A stretch of 63,787 nt of DNA, counting the filler, from Globobulimina sp. (taxonomy: Eukaryota), in assembly GCA_003354225.1 (NCBI GenBank). It is 53 parts of 53 records of this genome, joined end to end, with 100 filler letters (N's around TTAATTAATTAA, not from the genome) between each part and the next. Parts side by side here need not be neighbours in the genome. Positions count along the whole stretch, not along the records: positions 24,121 to 25,226 come from PIVH01023384.1; positions 25,327 to 26,432 come from PIVH01023385.1; positions 26,533 to 27,637 come from PIVH01023386.1; positions 27,738 to 28,842 come from PIVH01023387.1; positions 28,943 to 30,047 come from PIVH01023388.1; positions 30,148 to 31,252 come from PIVH01023389.1; positions 31,353 to 32,457 come from PIVH01023390.1; positions 32,558 to 33,662 come from PIVH01023391.1; 45 more parts are not named here. One strand, given 5' to 3'. Made by a program: the position numbers and the translations under genes. This document shows positions 24,476-36,213 of this stretch, piece after piece (positions within the stretch are counted from its first letter, which is position 1; the number at the start of each line of letters is the position of its first letter). A model generated the notes under the pieces. It was given only the letters and a program-made list of their open reading frames with translations. It did no database searches and had not been told where the DNA came from.

Positions 24476-25226
24476 GTGAATGGGCAATAAATAATATTAA
24501 ACAATTATTATATGCATTTGCTTCGAATATAAATAATCAACAACAACAACAACAACAATATATAGCCCCTGTACCTCCACATATTGCTGATAATGTTGCT
24601 GCGCCAATTACTGCTGCTATTGATCAACATATTCATCCTCAAACATCATACAACGCACAAAGAGGTCAAAGCAAATGTAAAAATGCAAGATTTGACCCAT
24701 TATTAGATACATTTCGCACGACATCCCCGGAAATTAAAAAGAATTTAAAAAAGAAAAAGGAAATCAAATATAATGGATTTAATAGAAAAGTGAATGATAT
24801 TATTATTGATAAAGCATTGAATGATTTAAATATGAAAATTGAAATTAAAAATAAATTAAAATATTTGATATGTAATGAAGGCGAAAAATGTATGAGAAAG
24901 GATAATAAGATACAAATTCCAAGGCCTAATAAATTTATTCAGCATTTATTAAGTACCAGTCATAAAAAATGGTATTTTAAAACAAAAAAGATTGTTATGA
25001 ATGAATTAAAAGAAAAAGAAAAACAAAAAGAATTAGAACAGAAACAAAATACAATAATTGAAAATAATAAAACTATTTATTTATCGGATGCTGATGATTA
25101 TGTATGTGATTTGACTCAATTTAGTAATAATAACAATATAAATGATTCTGAAAATGATATAAATAATAATAATATTATAGTTACTGAATATATTCCAGCA
25201 ATAAAAAATAGTGTAATTGATTTGAA
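24476..25226 (+). CDS. Exon of hypothetical protein (poly-Q, Asn-rich), partial
   Basis: Frame open from the acceptor (GEWAINN...) through ORF 24790 to the contig end. Confidence 0.7.
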
Positions 25227-25326
25227 NNNNNNNNNNNNNNNNNNNNNNNNNNNNNNNNNNNNNNNNNNNNTTAATTAATTAANNNNNNNNNNNNNNNNNN
25301 NNNNNNNNNNNNNNNNNNNNNNNNNN

Positions 25327-25557
25327 CTGAGCAAATTGGTGCTGTCAACCTCATTGCAGAAACTGCCAAAATGAGAAATGTCCCGCTCTATTCCGCGCTG
25401 TTGGATATTCGTAAAGCATTCGACATTGTGTGGAGAAAAGGCCTCCTTTATAAATTGCACAAACAGTTCAATATACCGCTTAACCTTTGCAAAACACTGA
25501 AAGCCATCTATGACAACTCTCAATCAGCCATACGAGACCTACCGTTCATCACAAACA
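25327..25557 (+). mobile_element. Non-LTR (LINE) retrotransposon reverse transcriptase fragment
   Basis: LLDIRKAFDIVWRKGLLYKL RT motif. Confidence 0.85.
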
Positions 25558-25561
25558 AATC

Positions 25562-26432
25562 CAGATAAAAAACCTGAAAATTGGTTTCCTAAACATCAGT
25601 GGCAACGCAAAGACAAAAATAAACCAAATGCATCCGTACATGCAACAGCTTGTAATGCATCACAAACTGGATATAATCCTTTTGATCGATACCAGAATCA
25701 TCCATCGCCCCAATTGGAAACTGCCAGGCTATAAACTACTGATCCATAAAGCGCCCAATTCTACGAACAATCCACGCAATGTAGGAGGTATTCTCATTTA
25801 CCATAAATACAATCTACGTAACAAACTGCAGCTACTCCATAAAACGAGAGGGCATAATACTGCCTGGATTTCAGTCCAAATCCCAAATCAATCCAAACCC
25901 TCCTACATTGCCATTAATTATGCCCGGCCATTCAAGACAAAGCTCGCCGATCGCAGCTATAACTTCTACCAATTATTGACATCCGATATTAATAAATATA
26001 AGCAATGCTGCCACTCAATGTATGTCATTGGCGATTTCAACGCCAGAATGGGAGCATTGACCATGGACCATAACACAAATGGGCATTATCGATATATGAA
26101 GCAAATGCTGGATGACACCGATCTAAAAATAGCCAATCCGCAATTTGCGCCCAAGTTTCTGACGTGTCTAGCCAAGGGAACCCAAAATACCGGTGGTTCC
26201 ATAATAGACTATGTGATAACAGATAAGCTTAATACCATACAGACAATGAACGTTGACACGCATCCGATATTTATGGATCACCGGCCAGTCGTTTTCACGC
26301 TTAACAACATAAAATGTGAAACAAATAATAATGATAAACATATGGTGCTACGTACAAATAAACCCAATGATGAACTGACTAAAATCCATGAAACCATCCT
26401 AGAAACATCCACCAAACACCTTGACAAATTTG
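25562..26432 (+). mobile_element. Non-LTR retrotransposon APE-type endonuclease domain
   Basis: LKIGFLNISG, GGILIY, NYARP, IGDFNAR, SIIDYVIT, MDHRPV. Confidence 0.9.
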
Positions 26433-26859
26433 NNNNNNNNNNNNNNNNNNNNNNNNNNNNNNNNNNNNNNNNNNNNTTAATTAATTAANNNNNNNNNNNN
26501 NNNNNNNNNNNNNNNNNNNNNNNNNNNNNNNNTTGTTGGGGACGGGGATGGACGATCAAAATATGAAATTATCGATCATTTCTATTTATTATCTATAAAA
26601 ATAAATATAAACTTAACAGCAAATCAATATAGGGCGAAATTCTGAGAATTTGGGCTGGCTCTCCTAACTCTATGGGGAATAACATAATGTTACTGATAAT
26701 TATGCTGAATCTATTCGATATGGGTTGAATGTACATTCAACCAGATTCAACTAGCTGTTGATTAGCTATTCTTTGCATTTATAAGAAATCACTACTGTAA
26801 TCCGATGGAATTAGTCTTGTTTGTGACTTTTTAGGTTTTCTAGAAAACTTGAACAACAA

Positions 26860-27573
26860 TCATTTGTCATCTGTTTTCTTGTCATCAGCACTTTGTTTGC
26901 AATGGTTCAACTTCTTTAAATTCATTTTTTTTGAGATTTTGAATAAAATACTTTGTTGTATTATCTTTTCATAGTCTTGCAATTGTCTCATAAATGAAGA
27001 ATTAGGATTTGCATCCGGATGAGCTCTACCTATGATACGATCTGCCTCCTTTGCACCAATTCCATTTTTCCACATCAAATATGCCATAATAAATGACGGA
27101 GATCTGCTGATTCCTGCTCTGCAATGAACAAATACGCCTTGCTTTGCTGACAAAGCTCCATCAATAAACTTATTGGTCATTTTAAAGTATTTTATTAATT
27201 CTGTTGTCATCGAGTCCTCAATGTTTATTTGCAAATATTCAAACAACTCCTCATTTTGAAAATATTTTTCATTCGATACATTCAGTATTCGTTTAATATT
27301 TTTGCTCTGCAAATATTTGTGTTTATACGCTCCCTGAACTGCTCCGACAAATAAACCCTCCATGATTTTATATATTTGCACTGTTTTAATGGCCTCCCGG
27401 CATGGTCTCGTACATCCACATACTGACAATTGCGGAAATCGCCAACAAATTGGATTGTATTTATCATCTGTTGCGTCAGTTTCGTGTTTATTTATGATTT
27501 TCTTCTTTGCATTTTCTGCAGAGCTCGGTTTTTTTAATCCAATGGTTTGTGTAGTTGCTTTTGGTTGTGCCAT
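26860..27573 (-). CDS. Dual-specificity protein phosphatase
   Basis: GLFVG, INIEDS, VFVHCRAGISRS catalytic loop, AYLM, NPNSSFMRQL. Confidence 0.95.
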   Translation of the reverse strand: MAQPKATTQTIGLKKPSSAENAKKKIINKHETDATDDKYNPICWRFPQLSVCGCTRPCREAIKTVQIYKIMEGLFVGAVQGAYKHKYLQSKNIKRILNVSNEKYFQNEELFEYLQINIEDSMTTELIKYFKMTNKFIDGALSAKQGVFVHCRAGISRSPSFIMAYLMWKNGIGAKEADRIIGRAHPDANPNSSFMRQLQDYEKIIQQSILFKISKKMNLKKLNHCKQSADDKKTDDK

Positions 27574-27771
27574 ATGACAGTCACGCACTTTAAATGTGAT
27601 GTTTTATTTTAGGATTTTTTTTTTTTTTTTAACTCCANNNNNNNNNNNNNNNNNNNNNNNNNNNNNNNNNNNNNNNNNNNNTTAATTAATTAANNNNNNN
27701 NNNNNNNNNNNNNNNNNNNNNNNNNNNNNNNNNNNNNACAACACATCATCAAATACAACAATTTTATTAGA

Positions 27772-28459
27772 CGCCACCCTTGCTCAAACTGATAGGATAT
27801 ATGCACTTTAATATATTAATCCCATGAGCCAACCAAACTTTAGCATTTAAATAATTCTCTGTTTTACAAATAGTGTTAGAGCTTTGTTGCACCTTTTTTA
27901 GATTGTTGAGTGAAGAATTTGCCGTTAAGCTCCAATCAGTGCGACATCTTTTCCTGAAGATCATTATGTGGAAGTTCATTGAATGGTCGCAATAATCACT
28001 GTTACTGCGGAAAGCGACACGTTTTTTTGTTCACATTTCTATGCATAATTATTGCTGGGGTTTTAACTATTACTATTTAACTGACAAGTATCATGATCTT
28101 GTACAGCGGTGATAGATTATCATTAAACTCAATTGTAACTGGAGACAATTTAGACAATTTCAATGAGGAATTCGAATCCTTATTAGAGACTCACTAACAA
28201 GACAGAAAACGTAGTATATATTTTGCAAATGAGAACACATCATCACATATTGCAGAGCCACCCTTGCTCAAACTGATAGGATATATACACTTATATTGAT
28301 CCCATGAGCCAACCAAACTTTAGCATTTAAATAATTCTCTGTTTTACAAATAGTGTTAGAGCTTTGTTGCACATTTTTTAGATTGTTGAGTGAAAATATA
28401 AAAGCGTTGAGCTCCAATCATTGCGACATCTTTTCCTGAAGATCACTATGTGGAAGTTC
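27772..28459. repeat. Imperfect ~205-bp direct repeat (about 27772-27978 and 28257-28459)
   Basis: GCCACCCTTGCTCAAACTGATAGG...TGTGGAAGTTC present twice with a few indels. Confidence 0.85.
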
Positions 28460-29010
28460 CACTGATTTTGTCGTGATTTTGTCGTGATTAACTAAGAATT
28501 CTGCTGATTTTGTCGTGATTCTGAGAAAGTTTCGTCGGAACAAAATATATCACAAGTCAGTGAAGTCACAAACATCAACATATAACACACACAACATAAT
28601 CAAACTATCGATCAATAAACAAATAATATATAACATCTCATTTTAATTTTAAAACAATGTAGAATGTGCATGCATGCAATTCAAATAGCAAAATTGGACG
28701 GTTTTTGTGTTAATACATAATGGATTGCCGCTTGTATCAAAGAAAAACAGAATCCAGTTTGTCCAAATGATAACACTTGATCTGTATAAAAATTATTCAT
28801 CATAAATATCCATCGATGCCAGCAATCGTATCGTGATTGAACNNNNNNNNNNNNNNNNNNNNNNNNNNNNNNNNNNNNNNNNNNNNTTAATTAATTAANN
28901 NNNNNNNNNNNNNNNNNNNNNNNNNNNNNNNNNNNNNNNNNNTATCGATCGTTGTTATATAGGATTTTTGAATTAAGATTTTCCGCTGCTTTAACAACTT
29001 CTATTCTGTA

Positions 29011-29551
29011 ATGGGTGTGTAATACACAATATTCTCTACAAATATAATTAGATACAAAACATACATATTTGCAACAGGAATTTGTTCCGCTAAGGATGAC
29101 AGTGATGATGTCGAATCAGAACAAAAAGAGAAACTAATTCCAGAAACACCAAATGCAACAACCGATACAACAGACGCAGTAGAAAAAGTAGCAGGAGCCT
29201 CAGGAACCGCAGCAGCAAATAAAGTGACAGTAAGCATTCAATGGTGTGGTGGATGAGGCTTTGCCGCCAAATTCAAGGCGGCCAAACAATTGATACTCAA
29301 GAAATTTCCAGAGAATGTTGAGGTTACTTCCAAAAAAGATGCGACCATCACTGGTAATTTCGAAGTCACTGTAAATGGCACATTAGTGCATTCAAAGAAA
29401 ACTATGGATCATGGCTTTTTACATTCAAATCAAGCACAGCAAGACGTGCTATTTGCTGCAATAAGTATGTCATTAATGTTTTGTATGTGTATATTATATG
29501 TGTATACTTGCTATGTTTTATACAGCTCAACAACTTGAAGGAACAGCATAG
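29011..29551 (+). CDS. SELENOW: Selenoprotein W / Rdx-family protein, 138 aa, C58-G-G-U61; exons 29011-29014, 29078-29464, 29526-29551
   Basis: VSIQWCGG-TGA(29254-29256)-GFAAKF...ITGNFEVTVNGTLVHSKK..DHGF is the SelW signature, with homology on both sides of the TGA; two phase-1 GT-AG introns keep the frame. Confidence 0.9.
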
Positions 29552-29618
29552 CTCATCACTAATATATAATAATTTCAATATAACGTATATTTTTAGCATC
29601 AAAAGTTGGATTAAGACG

Positions 29619-29677
29619 TGGTATTTTCTTGCATGATATTGGAGATATATCAATTTCTCAAAATTGAAGCATCACCA
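29619..29677 (+). promoter_or_regulatory. Candidate non-canonical SECIS element in the SelW 3' UTR
   Basis: GC-ATGA-T (29631-29637), stem ATT.GAGA/TCTC..AAT, then TGAA-GC; outer TGGT/ACCA pairing; upper stem is short and lacks the usual apical AA position. Confidence 0.35.
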
Positions 29678-30189
29678 TTGAAAATCTATTATTGTTAACA
29701 ACCACGGATTTTTTCATACTATTTGGAGCAACGTTTACTTGTATTGTTATTATCGAGTGTAGTATATTGTTTTTTATATCAATTTAATTAATTATCAATT
29801 TAAAACTCCTGACTTTCAAATTGTATAAAATGTCATCATTTTTTCATTCCATACTCTAAAGTAAACTTTACTGAAAAACACTTTTTTTTTTATAATCTGT
29901 ACCATGTCTACCGTTACACCAATGACAGAAGATAACAACCCGAACTTCCAAATGGATGGAAGGAAAATAGGTTATAAATAAAATGTTAAAAGATAACATT
30001 TTATTAATAATGTTAAAAACCTTTTTTAACGCATGATGAAATATGAANNNNNNNNNNNNNNNNNNNNNNNNNNNNNNNNNNNNNNNNNNNNTTAATTAAT
30101 TAANNNNNNNNNNNNNNNNNNNNNNNNNNNNNNNNNNNNNNNNNNNNCATGTATGATTTTTAATTATTTTTCATAGTCATACATAATTC

Positions 30190-31032
30190 ATTATCTCGGA
30201 CGAGATCCCCTTTATTTCATAAATCATATCTGAATATATGATTCTGCGTCTTATTGGAGATAACCCTGTATTTTTAAACATTAACATCTGTAAATTTACA
30301 AAATCATTAAGATGACAGTTGTTTGTTATTAATATTATGTTGTTTTCGCCTCTGATCGATTTTCCATTGAATTAAATTCTTTTTCAATCATATTTTGATG
30401 TCAATAACTAGTTATTTGCACTGTGTATTAAGGTTGCAATAATTTAATAGAGTCTAAGCCTTGCATTTCTTTTGGAATTCGGTGTTTAATTGTTTAGTTT
30501 TTTGTGTTGTTAGTCGGTGTGCTTGTACAGTAGTATACAATATAATAATAATATAAACTTTGGCAAGGATACAATATAATTTTCACTCAAATCACCACAA
30601 AATCCAACACCAAAATGATTTCTAATGATTCAAAATTGGCGCAAGTCATTTGAAAACGTAACAAATATTTGTATAACAATTTATTTTAAATTTACAACTT
30701 ATTTTTTTTGAAAACCTCAAAACTTCGAATTCGCAGTGAATTCAACGTATTATTTATATTTATAAACCAATGAGAATTATGAAATTATCTTGGATTAAAA
30801 TTTGTAAATTCAACATGACAGAATCTGTGGGATTCACAGCTATACTAAATTTATTATTGAATGTTCCTAAATCTTTTTGTTGAACAATATCTCGCACATC
30901 AAATGATCCTCCACCATGATCTTCAAACATCGGATAAAAATCCCCTTCATAGCCAAACGGCTCAATGTCAACTGTAACAGCACCATTTTTTGACGATTTA
31001 TTAACAATCACTTTTATTTGTAGCACGGTCAT
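30190..31032 (-). pseudogene. Possible degenerate ubiquitin-like domain gene
   Basis: FSIAVNPTDSVMLNLQILIQD, with GIPKEMQ and NTGLSPIRRRIIY fragments further on, interrupted by stops. Confidence 0.3.
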
Positions 31033-31352
31033 AAAATGGTGCCATATTTACAAATTCATATATTAAGGGTTTAGCCCCGCTCATTTGTCATAAAAACGAT
31101 ATTTATGTGTATACATATTGATGATGTTTGTGTTGCTAAATCTTGTGGTAATCCAATCCAAATAATTACATAATGACAATAGACCATCAATGATTGAATA
31201 ATATCAAATAATCTTTGCCCTTTTTTTTTTTGGAAAGCCATCCATGATGACANNNNNNNNNNNNNNNNNNNNNNNNNNNNNNNNNNNNNNNNNNNNTTAA
31301 TTAATTAANNNNNNNNNNNNNNNNNNNNNNNNNNNNNNNNNNNNNNNNNNNN

Positions 31353-32457
31353 TTCGCTTGCAGGATTTCACTGTACCACTACCACTATCACCAGCTGAAC
31401 TTTCTATACGCTCTCGTTTAGCACCCCCTAAAATAAACCCGTGCTATGTATTTTGAAGCACATATTATTTTTCACTTTTTAGCTTTGATCGCCGTACAGG
31501 GAGCATTTCTGCAGATGCTTCATTATCATCAATTGCTTCGCTGTCTGGTTTTGCACTACCTAGAAAAATATTCAGGATAATTTCATGTGATATGTATTTG
31601 AATTCATACATTTTCTCTTTTTTTCTTTCACTTTCATTTCAAGACCTTTTTCAACTTCAGAATTTTCAACAAATTTCTGTACAACTAATTCTGAAGGCAC
31701 CACTTCATTGTAAGCCTCTGAAAAAGACAACACATAAAAAATATGTAAGAATTTCGTCCTCTCAAACTATAATTCACCTTCAATTAGAACTCCGAGTGTT
31801 CCTGGAACAATGTCCATTGGTACAGAAATAGCATGCACATGGGTCCACTTAGAAGTATCTGCCTTTGAAACCAAAGTAGTGATTTCATTGTCAAAGACCA
31901 CATAATGTTTGTTAACTTTTTTGTCATTCATTGATTCTGGTCTTGCTTCTCTAATAGCGGATGTAAGCTCAGCGCTGAAACCAGGGATTAATTTGTCCGC
32001 TTTTGACTTTCCTATCCAAATTTTGTCTTGGTTACTTGACACTGTAATAACCCGTCGTATCTAAAAAATAAAATTCAGCGTGTGATACAGAATCATGGCA
32101 TATGTTTGCATTATCTTAAATCTTTGTGCATTCCTGGTTGAGCATTTTAACTTGCATATCTAATTTTTCATTTGTACATGCAGTTTTGCTAACATACCGC
32201 ATCATTTCGATCAAATCCACATTTAAGTTTTTCCTCTGGATCATTCCCTAGTTCGTTTGCCAAATTCAAGAGCACTTCTTCGACATTTGGCCGTCGCAGA
32301 TATGGCATGACTTTTGATGACATATATTCCCAAATATCATCCATTAAATCATTCCGACCAACATAGTCCAACAACTGTAATGGATAGCGTGCTAAAAATT
32401 ATTACAATACAACTTGTGAAAAGCGTTACATGTGCTGTGCTTGATAGAACGGGCATG
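31353..32457 (-). CDS. Multi-exon hypothetical protein with several short introns, partial
   Basis: Short ORFs flanked by minus-strand donor and TTTTAG acceptor sites (e.g. 32160-32197, 32392-32429); exact structure unresolved. Confidence 0.5.
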
Positions 32458-32848
32458 NNNNNNNNNNNNNNNNNNNNNNNNNNNNNNNNNNNNNNNNNNN
32501 NTTAATTAATTAANNNNNNNNNNNNNNNNNNNNNNNNNNNNNNNNNNNNNNNNNNNNATTAAGGAGTGATCATTTGCTCCAATTCCATTATAAATTTCAC
32601 ACAGTCTTCTGGATTTGCAAATTTGTTCTGACTTTGTTCTGGATTTGCAAACCCAAGACAAAGTTATAGCAAACTGTTTCTGGATTTGCAAAGCGTTTCT
32701 CAGATAATTGATAAATATATCATTCAGTGACTGTGTGAAATTTATTAAGGAATTGGGGAAAATGATCACTCCTTAATTGCTATCGGGAAAATTAAATAAA
32801 TTCTGTGTCTGTATAGTGATGCAGTCACAGTTATTGTCAATGGTCTTG

Positions 32849-33571
32849 TCATTCTGTCACAATAATTATAACAGCATATATTCCAATGAAGCTTCCAAAA
32901 ATTGCTAAAAGCAGTGGTGGATACAATGCAAAAAAATGAATCGCAGCTCTTTTTATTGTCTGTGCTTTCCAAAATAACCATTGATGTTTTGATGACTTAA
33001 TATAAAAAAGACATGGAAACACAAATGCTAAGTTAACACTTGACAGTGATCCAATGACAGCCATAGTTTTTCCTAAATCATCAACAAACATTGAAATTGT
33101 TAAGGAACTTAAAAATATAACAGCAGACAATAATATATGATGTGAGAATGGTGCATTTTTAACATATTCATGTACTTGATCGGCAAAGGCAAAACTATCC
33201 ACAATATCAACTGTTCCGTTTTTATTTATATAGCGAATGTAAGTTACATAACAAATATGTCTCACTACAAACAATGGGATTGGATATGTCAATGCCATTA
33301 CAACCACATATAATAAACGCATAAGTATAATTAATCCATTTTTAACCTGATAATTATTCAAAATATTTCCTTGTACATCGTCTGTAAATGTTAAGTATGC
33401 GGGAACCGACAACAACGTTGAAATTAACATTGCTGAACCAATGCCGCCGAGTGATAATGTTGTCCATCGTAACGTTGTTGGGTTTTTCAGAGAATTAAAA
33501 TATAAAAACGCAGTGTCATGACAAACAAATGAAAATGCAAAGATCCCCAAAGCAAATGGAATGCCGTTCAT
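32849..33571 (-). CDS. Amino acid transporter, Aa_trans/SLC38-like, C-terminal part
   Basis: GIFAFSFVCH, AYLTF..DVQGNILNNY, LTYPI, DLG...GSL...LAFVFPCLFY. Confidence 0.9.
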   Translation of the reverse strand: MNGIPFALGIFAFSFVCHDTAFLYFNSLKNPTTLRWTTLSLGGIGSAMLISTLLSVPAYLTFTDDVQGNILNNYQVKNGLIILMRLLYVVVMALTYPIPLFVVRHICYVTYIRYINKNGTVDIVDSFAFADQVHEYVKNAPFSHHILLSAVIFLSSLTISMFVDDLGKTMAVIGSLSSVNLAFVFPCLFYIKSSKHQWLFWKAQTIKRAAIHFFALYPPLLLAIFGSFIGIYAVIIIVTE

Positions 33572-33762
33572 ATCAAACCATACTATTTCATAGTATCAAT
33601 CTATAATATCTTATAATGTTACTTTACAACATGTTCTAGTGTTATGTTATAGTATCTCATGANNNNNNNNNNNNNNNNNNNNNNNNNNNNNNNNNNNNNN
33701 NNNNNNTTAATTAATTAANNNNNNNNNNNNNNNNNNNNNNNNNNNNNNNNNNNNNNNNNNNN

Positions 33763-34795
33763 TCAGTGTGTGCATACTACTGCTGTACTGTATGGAATAT
33801 GGTATGGTATGTCAGTGTGTGCATACTACTGTACTGTACTGTATGTCATATGGTATGTCAGTGTGTGCATACTACTGTACTGTATGTCAGTACACTCACA
33901 TGTGCATACTACTGTACTATATGTCATATTGTATGTCAGTGTGTGCATACTGCTGTACTGTCTGTCATATGGTATGTCAGTGTGTGCATACTACTGTACT
34001 GTATGTCAGTGTGTGCATACTACCATACTGTATGTCATGATGGTATGTTAATATACACATACAAAATACAAATACTAATATACTGTATGCATACAGTATA
34101 TCTACACACACATGTGCATACTACCGTACTGTATGTCATGATGGTATGTCAGTATACACACATGTGCATATACCAACCGTATGCATATGGTATGTCAGTA
34201 CACATACACGTGTGCATACTACTGTACTGCATGTCATATGGTATGTCAGTATACGCACACATGCGCATACTACTGTAATGTATGCCAAATGGTATGTCAG
34301 TGTGTCCACATGTCATATGATGGTATGTCATATGGTATGCCAGTGTGTGCAGTGCATACTACCTACCATACTGTATGTCTTATGTGTTCATACTAATATA
34401 CTGTATGCATACAGTATGTCAGTACACACACATGTGCATTCTACTATATACCTACTGTACACATACGGTATGGCAGTACACTCACATGTGCAAACTACTG
34501 TACTGTATGTCATATTGTATGTCTGGGTGTGCGTATTACTGTATGTACAGTATGTCAGTGTGTGCATACTACTGTACTGAATGTCAGTGTGTGTGTGCAT
34601 GCTACTGTAGTGTATGTCAGTGTGTGCATACTACTGTACTATATGTCATATTGTATGTCAGTGTGTGCATACTACTGCTGTACTGTATGGAATATGGTAT
34701 GGTATGTCAGTGTGTGCATACTACTGTACTGTATGTCATATGGTATGTCAGTGTGTGCATACTACTGTACTGTATGTCAGTACACTCACATGCAT
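33763..34795. repeat. Degenerate minisatellite (TGTCAGTGTGTGCATACTACTGTACTGTATGTCATATGGTA-like units)
   Basis: More than 20 variable units; all ORFs here are repeat artefacts. Confidence 0.95.
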
Positions 34796-34967
34796 AGATG
34801 TCCTTGGGGGGGAAACGTGGGGAGACCACTTCAGGTTCCCATTTTAGCGGTTTTTAGGCTTAGGTGCNNNNNNNNNNNNNNNNNNNNNNNNNNNNNNNNN
34901 NNNNNNNNNNNTTAATTAATTAANNNNNNNNNNNNNNNNNNNNNNNNNNNNNNNNNNNNNNNNNNNN

Positions 34968-36072
34968 TCACCGTTTATACTTACACTAATTAGGATTTGC
35001 ACAATATCACTTATTCTGACTATAGCATCTGCTATTAATTTCATACCCCTTTTACAAGCAATCGCAATTCACAAACATCAGGCTCGAATATGGTCAATCC
35101 TAACATCATCAATTTGGTTATTTATTTCATGTCTAGTGATGATAACTATTACATGCTGCGGTTTTAAAATTAAAACGTTATCGACACACAACCGTAAAAT
35201 TGCAGTATATTTATTTGTGGTTTGGGTGTGTTCTCATATTCCATCATTAATATTAGGAGTGTTATCTGAAACGAATAATAAATACATGTACTGGCAATTT
35301 GAAGTGTTATATTCCGTGTTACCATTATATTTCGTATGTTTAATATATTTTTTCAATGACAAAAGATACACACAAATAATCAATTTACTTTTGTTCTCGT
35401 TTATGTTATTCATCACTCCATTTATACGCTTATTGTTAATAATAAAATCATTTCCATTGAAACCATTGCCATTACAGCTAATATTATCCTGTTCCTTCAT
35501 TTGTTGCGCAACCTCACTTTTCATCTCGATACATATTGTTTTTCTATTAAAACATTACAATTCTGGTTTATTTTTAAAATTAATTATAATATCATGTTTA
35601 ATGTATAGTATCATAACAATGATTATCGAAAAAATAGATTTTGATAAACATTACTCGATATACACAATCTATAATTATTACATTATATTCGCAGCATTAA
35701 TTGTTATGTATTCATGCGAAATATTTATTGACGGAGCAAAAAAAGTGCGTAAGTTAGATGTAAAAAGTATAATTAAATCGCCATCCATCGACATACAGAA
35801 AGAAATGATGGAAACTACAATAAATGATTTAGAAACAAGAGAAAGAGGTGAAAGTTTATTACATTCGTTGGTATTGACCATGTCTCCAACACAAAAAATC
35901 GCGCGAACCTATGAAACAAATGACAAAATTGACAGAAAATCGACAGAATTAAATCCAAATCAAACCATTGATTCCTTCCACGTGGATTCCGTCATAAAAA
36001 TATTCCAAGATTTCACACCTTGCACAAAAAACAGAAACAAATATTTTAACGAAATCAAAATTAAGCGCAATT
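34968..36072 (+). CDS. Multi-pass membrane protein, partial
   Basis: Long ORF with at least 6 hydrophobic helices and a polar tail. Confidence 0.65.
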
Positions 36073-36213
36073 NNNNNNNNNNNNNNNNNNNNNNNNNNNN
36101 NNNNNNNNNNNNNNNNTTAATTAATTAANNNNNNNNNNNNNNNNNNNNNNNNNNNNNNNNNNNNNNNNNNNNGAATGGAGCAAAGACAAACCAACCCATT
36201 AGTCAATTAAGAA

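Noticed and set aside
28655-28780. RING-finger-like remnant (CRMC...PVCPND)
   Set aside because: Interrupted by a stop and frameshift, and too short to support
29001-29237. Minus-strand 78-aa ORF
   Set aside because: Antisense shadow of the SelW exon
33763-34915. Many overlapping Cys/Tyr/Val-rich ORFs, or a CRISPR-like array
   Set aside because: Translations of a degenerate minisatellite; no constant repeat with unique spacers
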